A DNA stretch of 64,000 nt, taken from contig OZ249438.1 of NCBI GenBank assembly GCA_965235115.1, positions 9,734,001 to 9,798,000 of the forward strand, read 5' to 3'. A model generated the notes under the pieces. It was not told the DNA's origin and did no database searches. It was given only the letters and a program-made list of their open reading frames with translations. This document shows positions 36,994-50,084 of the stretch, piece by piece (positions within the stretch are counted from its first letter, which is position 1; every line of letters begins with the position of its first letter). A program made the position numbers and the translations under genes. The DNA comes from Laetmonice hystrix (lineage: Eukaryota).

Positions 36994-39900
36994 CAGAGGA
37001 GCAGACCCCTCTATCCAGAGCCGACTCGGTGGGGCGAGTCTACCCACTGTCCGTCAGTTTATATCGCCAACATTGGCCATGATAAGACCGCCGGACCCCG
37101 GCTCGTGTGTAGCTATAGGGCAGGATCCCGGGACGCCCGTCCTCCAGGGTGGGGGCGATGGTGGTGGTGGGATCCCCAGTCCTCCCAGCGACCTGTCTCT
37201 GTCCGGCCTCAGAGCCCCATCACACACAAGGGCCAGACTTAAGGGTATACTGATAGACTTTAACAACGGTTGTCATGACAGCGGCCGGCTTGACAGTAGA
37301 CCCCGAGGTGCAGTCCTCTAGACACTACAGGCCGCCGTTACCATGGTAACCAAACATGATCCGTGTTTGTTATTGGGGTCCTGGGACCGGACCGGGGACG
37401 GTGGAGGGTCCTCATTACATGGACATCGATAGAGGTGATCCTACACAGGGCGTCCAGAGAATCAATGGTACCAATGTTGTGGTTGTTATATATTGAGATA
37501 TATTTCATGTCGCAATGTTAAACCTGGAATTGGCATTGTCAAAGTAAATGGTGGATAGCCCAATGGAGATCGCTATATGATTTGTTTGTGTTATTAAATA
37601 TTTGGTATTATTCTAGGACCGCAGCGGTTTCCCGGCCACGATTGGTCACTTCTCCGTCACGTGACTACGAATAAGCCATTCGTGATTCGGGGCGAATCGG
37701 GGCCCGTCAGAAACAAAAACTATGGCTCGTAACTATGAAGTTAGTCATAGTGATCATAAAATAAAACAAAATATAACACTTGCTAGGGTGGAATATGAGA
37801 ATTTATTGCACGTCGAAAATTAATATTACACTCCGTCTCACGTAATATAATATCAGTGTCGGATGTATGATGAGTTTTCATAGTTACCTTTAACAAGTGC
37901 TATAATTGTATGATAAGGCGCACATATTATTTCTGATATGGCTTGTTCACAGCGATGTAGCCAAATAAAGAGACATGAAAACGGCCTCCCTTGGCGACGG
38001 TTTCCTCTATAGATGGGCACATCGTACAAAGATTCTGTGACTTATGGCACAGTAACATAAACCCGTCTAGTAATTCAAATAAATTATGGACCCGGTCTGG
38101 GCTGTATTAACCGCAAGTAAAAATACAATTCAGATAAACGACCGTAAAATTGTATGACAGACTAGAGTCGTCCCATATGTCATCCTCCAGTCTGGAGAGT
38201 TTTTTGTTCTCATGAGATCTTCCAGAGTTATATATGCAGGCTGATGCCAAGGTGACTTGCGTTTGTACATCTGGAAAAGGGAAGGCATTTATTGCGAGTA
38301 ATTCCCAGTGGATCCTAATTTAAAACAGACTTGTTTTTTTCTAACTTGATTAGATATAAGGAACGCAATTTATAATTCTTATGCTGTCATAGACATACAA
38401 AATATGAAAGACTCAGCTGTTTTTTTGCAGTGGGCGAACTATGCCTGAGGAACCCTAGCAGTAGTTTACCATACAATGTTCTTGGCCCGTCAACTGCAGG
38501 CTGTGCAAATCATGACTCTCTTAACCCCTGGAACTTGTTAGAGTAGTCTCCTCGTCGGAGTTCTTGGAACTTGTAACACTAGCCAGCGGCCAGTGCATTC
38601 AGTGCTTCAGCAAACTGTCAGGAGTGAAGGCAGCCAGTCAGTCATTCAACCAGTCAGCCAGTCATTCAGCCAGTCAGTGGTTCTTTGAGGCATGCTCTGT
38701 CGGTATGGTTCGGACGGATGATGCACATTCTGGAATGTCATGCAATTCGACATCGATCAAATCCAGAACTGCATGGACATCCTGGTAAAGAATAGCGAAT
38801 CCACCAGTAAGTCATAGGAAACCATGTTACGTGGTTTTTACATGCGATAGTTTTTCTATGGCTCTGAGTCCTGTCTTCAAGGAACACCTGACAACTACAA
38901 AAGTTGCCACGTCATGGCAGACGACATTCGGTAAGCAACGTCTTGACAGAGTGAAAACTATGTGTTCTGTCGTTTATGGGTTTGGTTGGGGGGGGGGGGG
39001 TTGTTTCTTGGTCGGGAAGAATTCTTTGTGTGTTCTGAGGTCTGATATGGTCGGCCATGGGTGGAGACACGTGTTGGGAGCACATGTTGGGGACACGTGG
39101 AGGACACACCGTCTGGGCCGGGTACGTCTCTGTCCTGTCCGCCACCCACAGTTGTATATAGACCGACACCACCCCGTCAACATCTCAGAGTTTAGGGTGA
39201 AATCTATACACGCACCCCCTCCAACACATGCCGAGATGGAGAAATATAATAGATTTTGAAGGAATATATGTGACCGACATCCAAAATAAGGTCATCCTTA
39301 AGACATGCGTGAAATTCTTCTCATTGGCTCACTAAGTGACGTTCGGCAATCAAAAAAGAAAAAAAAGAATACCTCAATCATCATAATTATGCCCTGCAGG
39401 GGGTCGTCTTACTGAAGTCGTCTAACTTAGCAAGCAGTAATTGACTCAGTGAGGGAACCGCACGCTAATGAAGAACGTTATTAACTAGCGGACACTTATT
39501 CATTTATGTACAGGTTAATGGTATGAGAATTAACGATCTTTTAGACGCTCGGGCGGGGTGATGTTTTCAAGCTGGTCGATGTTATGCACGACATGGCATA
39601 TTGACCGGGTCATCCCGAATTCACTTAGGTTTAAACGGACGACCACTGAAGGCGGACCATATGTACTGGGTCACGTGTCTTTAACCTCACAGGAAGTCGT
39701 ATTTTGTTTATGCTGACATCATTTGTAGTTATTTAGATTCGTGAGTATGTATTAGCTGCATGCTTACCAACATTCTGAAGTCGGCAGGCGGGAAAACAAA
39801 ACATCACTTCTGTTCAGGTACCACACGTATTATAGGCCTCCGTAGTGTGTGGGCGCGGTTGATCATTTCGCAAATCTCATCCATTGCTTAAACAGCGAAA

Positions 39901-40544
39901 ACAAGTTATTCCGTGAATCACAGATGGACAAGATCTTCATACAAAATTATTGTGGAACCTGAACTTTGTGACATTTCAAGGAGAAAGGTCATTCGTTGTG
40001 TACCACACATTGCTTTGAATCAGACAATGTCATATGACTTCGAGCATCAGTAACGACGCGTGGTAAAGGGCGGCCGTTGAACCAGTGTGGCTTCTGTACC
40101 GGCGATACGCTTTCCTGCGAACCGGTCGTTTATTGGCTATAGAGCGACGCCGGATATGACGTCAGAAGGGCTGAAGAGAAGACACGCCGTCGTCAAATCG
40201 TTGTTGATTTGTCACAGCTAGCGCCAGATCCTATTGATTTGTCGCAGCTATTGTTGGGGTTCTTTTGTCGCAGTTACTGTCGGATCCCATTGATTTGTCA
40301 CACCTATTGTTGATGAAATATGTGCCAAGTCGCGTTCTACATTTAGCGGTCTCTAATAGGAGATGGGCATGCCATATTGTATGTATGCTGCGTGTCTGAT
40401 TGTATTCGGACTGTGATTGGCTGGAGGTGATCGGATGTCCGGAGGGAAGACCGACCAATCAGCGGCCAGGTCAGGACCGGCCGGTGGGAATGTAAGATTC
40501 CACACGGAAAGTTACCTTACACCGTAATCTTCAGTGTCATCCAT

Positions 40545-41712
40545 GATACAGGCCTAGAATGACCTCCGTTATACAGGCCAAGAATGACCTCCATGGTACT
40601 GACTTAGAATGATCTCCATGATACAGGCCAAGAATGACCTCCATGGTACAGGCCAAGAATGACCTCCATGGTACAGGCCAAGAATGACCTCCATGGTACA
40701 GGCCTAGAATGACCTCCATGGTACAGGCCAAGAATGACCTCCATGGGACAGGCCTAGAATGACCTCCATTGTACAGGCCTAGAATGACCTCCATGGTACA
40801 GGCCTAGAATGACCTCCATGGTACAGGCCTAGAATGACCTCCATGGTACAGGCCTAGAATGACCTCCATGGTAAAGGCTTAGAATGACCTCCATGGTACA
40901 GGCCTAGAATGACCTCCATGGTACAGGCCTAGAATGACCTCCATGGTACAGGCTTAGAATGACCTCCATGGTACAGGCCTAGAATGACCTCCATGGTACA
41001 GGCCAAGAATGACCTCCATGGTACAGGCCAAGAATGACCTCCATGGCACAGGCCTAGAATGACCTCCATGGTACAGGCCTAGAATGACCTCCATGGTACA
41101 GGCCTAGAGTGACCTCCATGGTACAGGCCTAAAATGACCTCCATGGTACAGGCCTAGAATGACCTCCATGGTACAGGCTTAGAATGACCTCCATGGCACA
41201 GGCCTAGAGTGACCTCCATGGTACAGGCCAAGAATGACCTCCATGGTACAGGCCTAGAATGACCTCCATGGTACAGGCCTAGAATGACCTCCATGGTACA
41301 GGCCTAGAATGACCTCCATGGTACAGGCCTAGAGTGACCTCCATGGTACAGGCCAAGAATGACCTCCATGGTACAGGCCGAGAGTGACCTCCATGGCACA
41401 GGCCGAGAATGACCTCCATGGTACAGGCCTAGAGTGACCTCCATGGTACAGGCCAAGAATGACCTCCATGGTACAGGCCGAGAATGACCTCCATGGTACA
41501 GGCCTAGAATGACCTCCATGGTACAGGCCTAGAATGACCTCCATGGCACAGGCCTAGAATGACCTCCATAGTACAGGCCTAGAATGACCTTCATGGTACA
41601 GGCCTAGAATGACCTCCATAGTACAGGCCTAGAATGACCTCCATGGCACAGGCCTAGAATGACCTCCATAGTACAGGCCTAGAATGACCTCCATGGCACA
41701 GGCCTAGAGTGA
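40545..41712. repeat. 25-bp minisatellite, ~46 copies
   Basis: agaatgacctccatggtacaggcct. Confidence 0.97.
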
Positions 41713-42250
41713 CCACCTTGGTAGATTATTCCGCCATGATAACTTCCCCACAAAATTCCTAGAATGACTTTTCTATGACAAACTCCAAAATTCGTATTTA
41801 GAACGTACTCCATGGAATGGTCGAGGCAGTAAAAGACTGAAGTAGTAACACGATGAGAACTCAGTTCCAGAATTAGTTTGGTGCCGAAGTTTGACATCGG
41901 TGTCACAGAATTGTTTGTGAAGTGTGATATATACTTCAGTCGTGCTGTGTGACTCATCGTGAGGATAACAATCACAGAGTGCCCCGACGTGAATATTCAC
42001 CACAATAGCTGTCAATATCTGTTGAATAATACATGCAATCTGTTACAGTGCATTGCTAGTCTGCTGTCAATATAATGTTGCGTTGATATTATTTTGTAAG
42101 ACATATGCTGTAAATTAAACAATATTTACGAGATAAACGATACTGGGGGCTGAGCAGATATCGACAGCCAGTTACCGCGTCTCGGCGGCCATAGCCACCA
42201 ATTATAACCGGATTCAGACTCGGAGCCGATCAAGTATAGCAATTGGAAGA

Positions 42251-42626
42251 NNNNNNNNNNNNNNNNNNNNNNNNNNNNNNNNNNNNNNNNNNNNNNNNNN
42301 NNNNNNNNNNNNNNNNNNNNNNNNNNNNNNNNNNNNNNNNNNNNNNNNNNNNNNNNNNNNNNNNNNNNNNNNNNNNNNNNNNNNNNNNNNNNNNNNNNNN
42401 NNNNNNNNNNNNNNNNNNNNNNNNNNNNNNNNNNNNNNNNNNNNNNNNNNNNNNNNNNNNNNNNNNNNNNNNNNNNNNNNNNNNNNNNNNNNNNNNNNNN
42501 NNNNNNNNNNNNNNNNNNNNNNNNNNNNNNNNNNNNNNNNNNNNNNNNNNNNNNNNNNNNNNNNNNNNNNNNNNNNNNNNNNNNNNNNNNNNNNNNNNNN
42601 NNNNNNNNNNNNNNNNNNNNNNNNNN
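42251..42626. other. assembly gap (376 N)
   Basis: run of N inside the A-B intron; exons A and B join in phase and in domain order, so no coding exon needs to lie in it. Confidence 0.99.
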
Positions 42627-43099
42627 AACGGAGCGACACCCAGCGACACATGTTTGACTTCCGGTTTAACAAACCGGCACCGCGTGCTATCATCACATGT
42701 ATGTCACCTGGCGGCGGTTTGAGTGGGGTGGGGTGGGAGATGGGTGGGGATGGAGGGGGGGGGGGTCAGGAGGTGCTTAGTCCGAACGATCAGGTTCAGG
42801 TGCTCCAGGCAGAGGCAGGTCTGCCATTGTACGCGTCACGGGAGCGGCTGTTGTGCCAGTGTTTGCCATGTTATGGAGGCAGGGCATAGAAAAACTGTTG
42901 CCCCGAAGCAAATCGCGATGATTAGTGAACATGCTGATGTGCAGATCTAACGGCCGCCGACTTAAAGAGAGGAATTGAGCGGTGAGATAGCGACCTTTGA
43001 AAGTGAGATGTTCTTACGTGATCAAGGTGGGCGGGGGGGATTTCGTTTTGTTTGGGAACTCTTGAGGTGAAGGGTGGGAGGGGTCGAACTCTCTTGCCG

Positions 43100-44175
43100 G
43101 GCTGTGTCCTTGGGGTCGACTCTCAGACCGGGCTGTGTCTGTTGGGGCGGGCCCTCAGACCGGGCTAGACTCTATGTCCGGGGGTCGGGCCCTCAGACCG
43201 GGCTGTGTCCGTGGGGTCGGGCCCTCAGACCAGGCTGTGTCTGTGGGGTCAGACCCGCAGACTGGGCTGTGTCTGTGGGGTCGGCTGTCAGACCTGGCTG
43301 TGTCTGTGGGGTGGGTCTCTCAGACTGGGTTGTGTCCGTGGGGTCGGGCCCTCAGACTGGGTTGTGTCCGTGGGGTCGGACCCTCAGACCGGGCTGTGTC
43401 TGTGGGGTGTCGGGCCCTCAGACCGGGCTGTGTCTGGGAGGTGTCTGGCCCTCAGACCGGGCTGTGTCCGTAGGGTCGGGCCCTCAGACCAGGCTGTGTC
43501 CGGGGGTCGGGCCCTCAGACCGTGCTGTGTCCGTGGGGTGTCGGACCCTCAGACCAGGCTGTGTCCGTGGGGTGTCGGGCCCTCAGACCAGGCTGTGTCC
43601 GTGGGGTGTCGGGCCCTCAGACCGGTTTGTGTCTGTGGGGTGTCGGGCCCTCAGACCGGGTTGTGTCTGTGGGGTCGGCTGTCAGACCGGGCTGTGTCTG
43701 TGGGGTCGGGCTCTCAGACCGGGCTGTGTCTGTGGGGTGTCGGGCCCTCAGACCAGGCTGTGTCCGTGGGGTGTCGGGCCCTCAGACCGTGCTGTGTCCG
43801 TGGGGTCGGACCCTCAGACCGGGCTGTGTCCGTGGGGTGTCGGGCCCTCAGACCGGGCTGTGTCCGTGGGGTGTCGGGCCCTCAGACCGGGCTGTGTCTG
43901 TGGGGTGTCGGGCCCTCAGACCGGGCTGTGTCCGTAGGGTCGGGCCCTCAGACCGGCCTGTGTCCGAGGGTCGGACTCTCAGGCCTGGCTGTGTCCGGGG
44001 GTCGGGCCCCCAGACCGTGCTGTGTCCGTGGGGTTGGGCCCCCAGACCGGGCTGTGTCCGGGGGTCGGGCCCTCAGACCGGGCTGTGTCCGGGGGTCGGG
44101 CCCTCAGACCGGGTTGTGTCCGGGGGTCGGGCCCTCAGACCAGGCTGTGTCCGGGGGTCGGACTCTCAGGCCTGG
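43100..44175. repeat. ~29-32-bp minisatellite
   Basis: gggtcgggccctcagaccgggctgtgtccgtg. Confidence 0.95.
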
Positions 44176-44699
44176 AGACCAGTTGGGAAGTTGGGAATGG
44201 GAGGGGGTCGGTCTCCCCGAGCCGACACTGTCCGACTCTGGATTCAGCGACAGAGTAGTGCATGCGCTTCAAGGCATGCGCTCAGTCGTGTGTAATGAGT
44301 ATTCAGTACATGCTGCTCCCCCCACCGATGTAGGTTAAATGTTTTTCTACTTTTGTAACAGAGAAAAGAATCGCTGGTGAATTATTCATGATGACAAAAT
44401 GAATGCCAAGCGACAGAACTGTATCTAAATGTGGTCATGTGACGTTTCCGTTTGATGCTATATCTCCACATTACAGCGATCCATCCCACATATTATGCAA
44501 ACATGAACCGGAATTGATTCTAAAACATATTCAGGCAGAGCAGTGAAATGACACTGGGCATCCACGGTAGCAGCAATCCAGGAGGTTGGGAGGAAAATTA
44601 AAGACAAGATGTGCATTTGGAATCATTGTTTAGTGTTCTAGAAGTTGGGCTAAAGAAATGGGCATATTGGATATTTGCTCGGTATGTGCCATATAATGC

Positions 44700-45000
44700 C
44701 AATTGTTTGATCTATGACAGTGCCATGGCGCCCGTTGTTTGACCTGTTCCAGTGCCATGACGCCCATTGTTTGACCTATTACAGTGCCATGACGCCCATT
44801 GTTTGACCTATTACAGTGTTACACTGCCATAATCCCAAATGTTTGAACTATTGCAGTGTTACAGTGCCATAATCCCACATGTTTGACCTGTTACAGTGTT
44901 ACAGCACCTATTCTGTGGTTACAGTGCCATAATCCAAAATGTTTGACCTATTGCAGTGTTACAATGCCATAATTCCAACTGTCTGACCTGTTACAGTGCC
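44700..45000 (+). repeat. degenerate ~31-39-bp array of the exon B acceptor
   Basis: about 8 copies of tgtttgacct(g/a)tt(a/g/c)cag|tg ending in the real ctgacctgttacag|tgcc. Confidence 0.85.
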
Positions 45001-45133
45001 GCCAGTGATCAGCCAGACTCCCCTCAGTAGCCGCGTGAAGGAGGGCGGCGTGGCAGAGTTCGACTGTAAGGTGACGGGCACCCCTTACCCCGTCACAACC
45101 ATCACCTGGCGCAAGGACGACCGGCCCATTGAT
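44997..45133 (+). CDS. PTK7: PTK7-like exon B (first half of Ig5)
   Basis: ttacag|TG acceptor, gat|gtgagt donor; 137 nt (phase 1 to 0), in phase with exon A. Encodes (V)PPVISQTPLSSRVKEGGVAEFDCKVTGTPYPVTTITWRKDDRPID with Ig B-strand Cys and C-strand Trp. Not in the ORF track. Confidence 0.9.
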
Positions 45134-45560
45134 GTGAGTACTCGACCATTGATGTGATTACTGGTCCATTGGTGTGATTCCTGCCTCTTGATGTCAGTAC
45201 CCGCCCATTGATGTGATTATTGGTCCATTGGTGTGATTATTGGTTCATTGGTGTGATTCCCCGCCTATTGATGTCAGTATCCGCCCATTGATGTGATTAT
45301 TGGTTCATTGGTGTGATTATTGGTTCATTGGTGTGATTCCCCGCCTATTGATGTCAGTATCCGCCCATTGATGTGATTATTGGTTCATTGGTGTGATTAT
45401 TGGTTCATTGGTGTGATTCCCCGCCTATTGATGTCAGTATCCGCCCATTGATGTGATTATTGGTTCATTGGTGTGATTCCTCGCCTATTGATGTCAGTAT
45501 CCGCCCATTGATGTGATTATTGGGCCATTGATGTGAGTACCCGTCTCGTGATGTGAGTAT
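45125..45560 (+). repeat. array of the exon B donor
   Basis: repeated ccattgat|gtga(g/t)ta; intact GTGAGT copies at 45134 (real), 45533 and 45553. Confidence 0.88.
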
Positions 45561-46044
45561 TGTTTGCATTGAGATTGAACTCCACAAACTTTACATACGA
45601 CAATGGGATGTGATAAGTTAGGACGGTACTATACCAGGTGGGAAGGCTAATAATAAGGACTTAATTCATTGTTGTGTACGATGTACTAGGTGTGGCCGAG
45701 GGTGTTGGTATAGGTGGAGACGTGTTTCTTTATAAATACACGTAACATCAGGAGAAGTTATGGACGGTGGATGCCCAGGTTGAAAGGTGCGATCCTTGGC
45801 TAGCTAGGTCACGTGGTCAACAGCCGAGAATTCTCGAGACCTGAGCCATGACAGCGTCCGTCACTGCCCCGATTTGATAGTACATCCTGGTGGCCGCCAG
45901 GGGGCCGATATGTACATCCGGGGTATGTCCTCGGAGTCAAGGGTCAAGGGTCAGGAGTTACGCCCGGTGCTGACGTCCCACAGGGCGGTTGGAGCCAGTT
46001 GTGTGTTGGGTGAAAGCGAACCGCTAGATTAGAGGTATACTGGG

Positions 46045-47645
46045 CCTCTACCTGACTGGTAGTAGTGAGCCCCTCCCGCCCCCTCTCCGAGACGGAGATT
46101 CTAGCTGACTGGTAGTAGTGAGCCCCTCCCGCCCCCTCTCCGAGACGGAGATTCTAGCTGACTGGTAGTAGTGAGCCCCTCCCTCCCCTCCCCGAGACGG
46201 AGATTCTACCTGACTGGTAGTAGTGAGCCCCTCCCTCCCCTCCCCGAGACGGAGATTCTAGCTGACTGGTAGTAGTGAGCCCCTCCCTCCCCCTCCCCGA
46301 GACGGAGATTCTAGCTGACTGGTAGTAGTGAGCCCCTCCCGCCCCCTCTCCGAGACGGAGATTCTAGCTGACTGGTAGTAGTGAGCCCCTCCCTCCCCTC
46401 CCCGAGACGGAGATTCTACCTGACTGGTAGTAGTGAGCCCCTCCCTCCCCTCCCCGAGACGGAGATTCTAGCTGACTGGTAGTAGTGAGCCCCTCCCTCC
46501 CCTCCCCGAGACGGAGATTCTACCTGACTGGTAGTAGTGAGCCCCTCCCCGAGACGGAGATTCTACCTGACTGGTAGTAGTGAGCCCCTCCCCGAGACGG
46601 AGATTCTACCTGACTGGTAGTAGTGAGCCCCTCCCCGAGACGGAGATTCTACCTGACTGGTAGTAGTGAGCCCTTCCCTCCCCCTCCCCGAGACGGAGAT
46701 TCTACCTAACTGGTAGTAGTGAGCCCCTCCCACCCTCTCCCCGAGACGGAGATTCTACCTGACTGGTAGTAGTGAGCCCCTCCCACCCCCTCCCTGAGAC
46801 GGAGATTCTACCTGACTGGTAGTAGTGAGCCCCTCCCACCCTCTCCCCGAGACGGAGATTCTACCTGACTGGTAGTAGTGAGCCCCTCCCCCCGCACTCC
46901 GAGACGGAGATTCTACCTGACTGGTAGTAGTGAGCCCCTCCCTCCCCCTCCCCGAGACGGAGATTCTACCTGACTGGTAGTAGTGGGCCCCTCCCACCCC
47001 CTCCCTGAGACGGAGATTCTACCTGACTGGTAGTAGTGAGCCCCTCCCTCCCCCTCCCCGAGACGGAGATTCTAGCTGACTGGTAGTAGTGAGCCCCTCC
47101 CGCCCCCTCCCCGAGACGGAGATTTTACCTGACTGGTAGTAGTGAGCCCCTCCCTTCCCCTCCCCGAGACGGAGATTCTAGCTGACTGGTAGTAGTGAGC
47201 CCCTCCCGCCCCCTCTCCGAGACGGAGATTCTACCTGACTGGTAGTAGTGAGCCCCTCCCTCCCCCTCCCCGAGACGGAGATTCTACCTGACTGGTAGTA
47301 GTGAGCCCCTCCCTCCCCCTTCCCGAGACGGAGATTCTAGCTGACTGGTAGTAGTGAGCCCCTCCCTCCCCCTCCCCGAGACGGAGATTCTAGCTGACTG
47401 GTAGTAGTGAGCCCCTCCCTCCCCCTCCCCGAGACGGAGATTCTACCTGACTGGTAGTAGTGAGCCCCTCCCGCCCCCTCCCCGAGACGGAGATTCTACC
47501 TGACTGGTAGTAGTGAGCCCATCCCGCCCCCTCCCCGAGACGGAGATTCTACCTGACTGGTAGTAGTGAGCCCCTCCCGCCCCCTCCCCGAGACGGAGAT
47601 TCTGGCTGACTGGTAGTAGTGAGCCCGAGATGGAGATTCAACCTG
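46045..47645. repeat. ~43-53-bp minisatellite, ~30 copies
   Basis: ctgactggtagtagtgagcccctccctcccctccccgagacggagattctac. Confidence 0.96.
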
Positions 47646-47864
47646 ACTGGATGAAGTTAAAACTTGCATCAAGCTGGACACAGTGATGACAGGTGTAGAG
47701 GTTGGAAAGGCAGCGGCTGTCAGCTTACCGCGCCCCACCCTCAACACTGACGATCGGGTGTGTGAAAACGATGGTCGGGAGGGAGGGCTGACGACACCCC
47801 GCCGCCCTGATGTTACGGTGTCAGTCTGCCGCCGGTCATGAAATCACGGGGGAAGTCTGCTCAC

Positions 47865-48315
47865 TGTCGTGACATCATGGTTACAGACCGCTCACCATTG
47901 TGACGTCACGGGTAGAGTCCGCTCACCGTCGTGACGTCATGGTTACAGACCGCTCACCATTGTGACGTCACGGGGAGAGTCCGCTCACCGTCGTGACGTC
48001 GCGGTTAGACCGTTCACCATTGTGACGTCACGGGGTGAGTCTGCTCACCATCGTGACGCCATGGTTACAGACCGCTCACCATTGTGACGTCACGGGGAGC
48101 GTCCGCTCACCGTCGTGACGTCATGGTTACAGACCGCTTACCATTGTGACGTCACGGGGAGAGTCCGCTCACCGTCGTGACGTCACGCTTACAGACCGTT
48201 CACCATTGTGACGTCACGGGGTGAGTCTGCTCACTATCGTGACGCCATGGTTACAGACCGCTCACCATTGTGACGTCACGGGAGAGTCCGCTCACCGTCG
48301 TGACGTCACGGGGAG
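47865..48315. repeat. ~62-bp (2 x 31) minisatellite rich in TGACGTCA
   Basis: ggttacagaccgctcaccattgtgacgtcacggggagagtccgctcaccgtcgtgacgtcat. Confidence 0.92.
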
Positions 48316-49476
48316 TTAGCATGCCGTCCAGTTGCCAGGTATTTCCCAGCCGTCTGTGTGGCCGTTTTAATGTGTATATCTTCCTTAGTCAGAGATAAAT
48401 AAATGTTGTTTTTAATAATGTTAGGTTAATAAATCAACCATTATACCAGATATTTATGTGCTTACAAAAACCGAGCTCGCTACAACCTTAAGTTGATATA
48501 TGTTAGTTTGTAATTGAGAAACTGGCTGGAAATTACACCTTGAGGGAAACAAGCCTCCTTGGCTTTAGGATCTGACGTGTATTACTGCATTACCCGGCAC
48601 GGATCATGGTTTAACCCTCGGCACGGACCAAGGCACTCCCCCACCCCCGCCACGGCACTCCCCTTACCCCCGGCACGGGCCGGCCACATTTTGACGGTAT
48701 CATTCTGTGGGGTGTCTCGCTAGAGGGCGCTGGGGACGGGCACCGGTTCCCCGGGGGGTCCCTGACTATCTGGGTGGGTGGCACCCCCCGGCAGGTGAAA
48801 TATCTACTCTCACACTCTTCATTCAGCTAGCTCACAGACTCAGCCAGTACGTGAGGTTAAACTTACGTGATGTACGACAACAAACATTGAACATGGTCCC
48901 ACGGACGAGGGGAGGTGTAGTTTCGTATAAAAACACCAAGATGAGAAATGCCACCATTTGGCCCAGTCAGTTTAATAGCACAGCCCATCTAGAGCTAGTT
49001 TGCACTGCACCGCAAAATTGGTTTGAAGGGTCAGCATTTAATATGAAAATGTGCTGTTGGCCGACGGAGCCCGATGTCCGATTGCCCGAACCAATAGAGT
49101 GCAGACTTGGTCGATCCCAACTCTGACCTCAACACTAGCGTGAGTGTACGCCATGACCCCAGTATTCTCAGTCCCACCACTAGATGATGTCATGGGATGA
49201 TGTCTAAGGGTCAGTGTGGGGGTGTCTAGGGGTCAGTGGGAATGTCTAGGGGTCAGTGGAAGGATGTTAGTGTGAAGGTGTTGGGTTCCTATCGGTATGT
49301 GAGGGACATGTTTTGACATGGAAGTATCACACAGAGTTTGTTAGGTTTCGGTTTGGTTATCCTGTGCCCGGTTTATAATCAAAGTCAATTAGTAATCTGT
49401 GCATGAGTCTCAGGGGCGGATCTAGCTTTCAGGAAAGGGGGGGGGGTTGATGTTTGAGTGAAGGTGTACTGAAGGT

Positions 49477-49764
49477 GTTCAGTTGTTGACTGACCAGTGT
49501 GTTTTGCCCCTGTTCCAGTTCAGTTGTTGACTGACCAGTGTGTTTTGCCCCTGTTCCAGTTCAGTTGTTGACTGACCAGTGTGTTTTGCCTCTGTTCCAG
49601 TTCAGTTGTTGACTGACCAGTGTGTTTTGCCGCTGTTCCAGTTCAGTTGTTGACTGACCTGTGTGTTTTGCCGCTGTTCCAGTTCAGTTGTTGACTGACC
49701 AGTGTGTTTTGCCTCTGTTCCAGTTCAGTTGTTGACTGACCAGTGTGTTTTGCCTCTGTTCTAG
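49477..49764 (+). repeat. 41-bp array x7 of the exon C 3' splice site
   Basis: gttcagttgttgactgaccagtgtgttttgcc(c/t/g)ctgttcca, starts at 49477 + 41n; the last copy ends ttctag at the real acceptor. Confidence 0.95.
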
Positions 49765-49915
49765 ATGAGCCACCCTCGGTTCAAGGTCGACCCGGAGGAA
49801 GGCCGGCTGACCATCACTAACGTCCACCTCAATGACGAGGGTTACTACGCATGTGACGTCAACACCACTGGACACCCTGTCAAGTCGTCCACCAACGCCC
49901 ACCTTTACGTCATGA
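49765..49915 (+). CDS. PTK7: PTK7-like exon C (second half of Ig5)
   Basis: ttctag|ATG acceptor, catga|gtaagt donor; 151 nt (phase 0 to 1). Encodes MSHPRFKVDPEEGRLTITNVHLNDEGYYACDVNTTGHPVKSSTNAHLYVM (DEGYYAC motif). Confidence 0.9.
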
Positions 49916-50084
49916 GTAAGTCCGCGTCTGCGATGTCACTTACAGAGAGAGGGTGGGGTCCGGGGGTGCAGTGAGGGCGGGGAACTGAGTGACCTCTTTA
50001 TTTTGTTGTGGGCCTCATGATTGTGTTCACACAAATTTATAGGAGCTATTTTTTTTGCTTTTTATAACAATAATCTACTCTTCC

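Noticed and set aside
42214-42722. ORFs containing long X runs
   Set aside because: Artefacts of the 376-N assembly gap.
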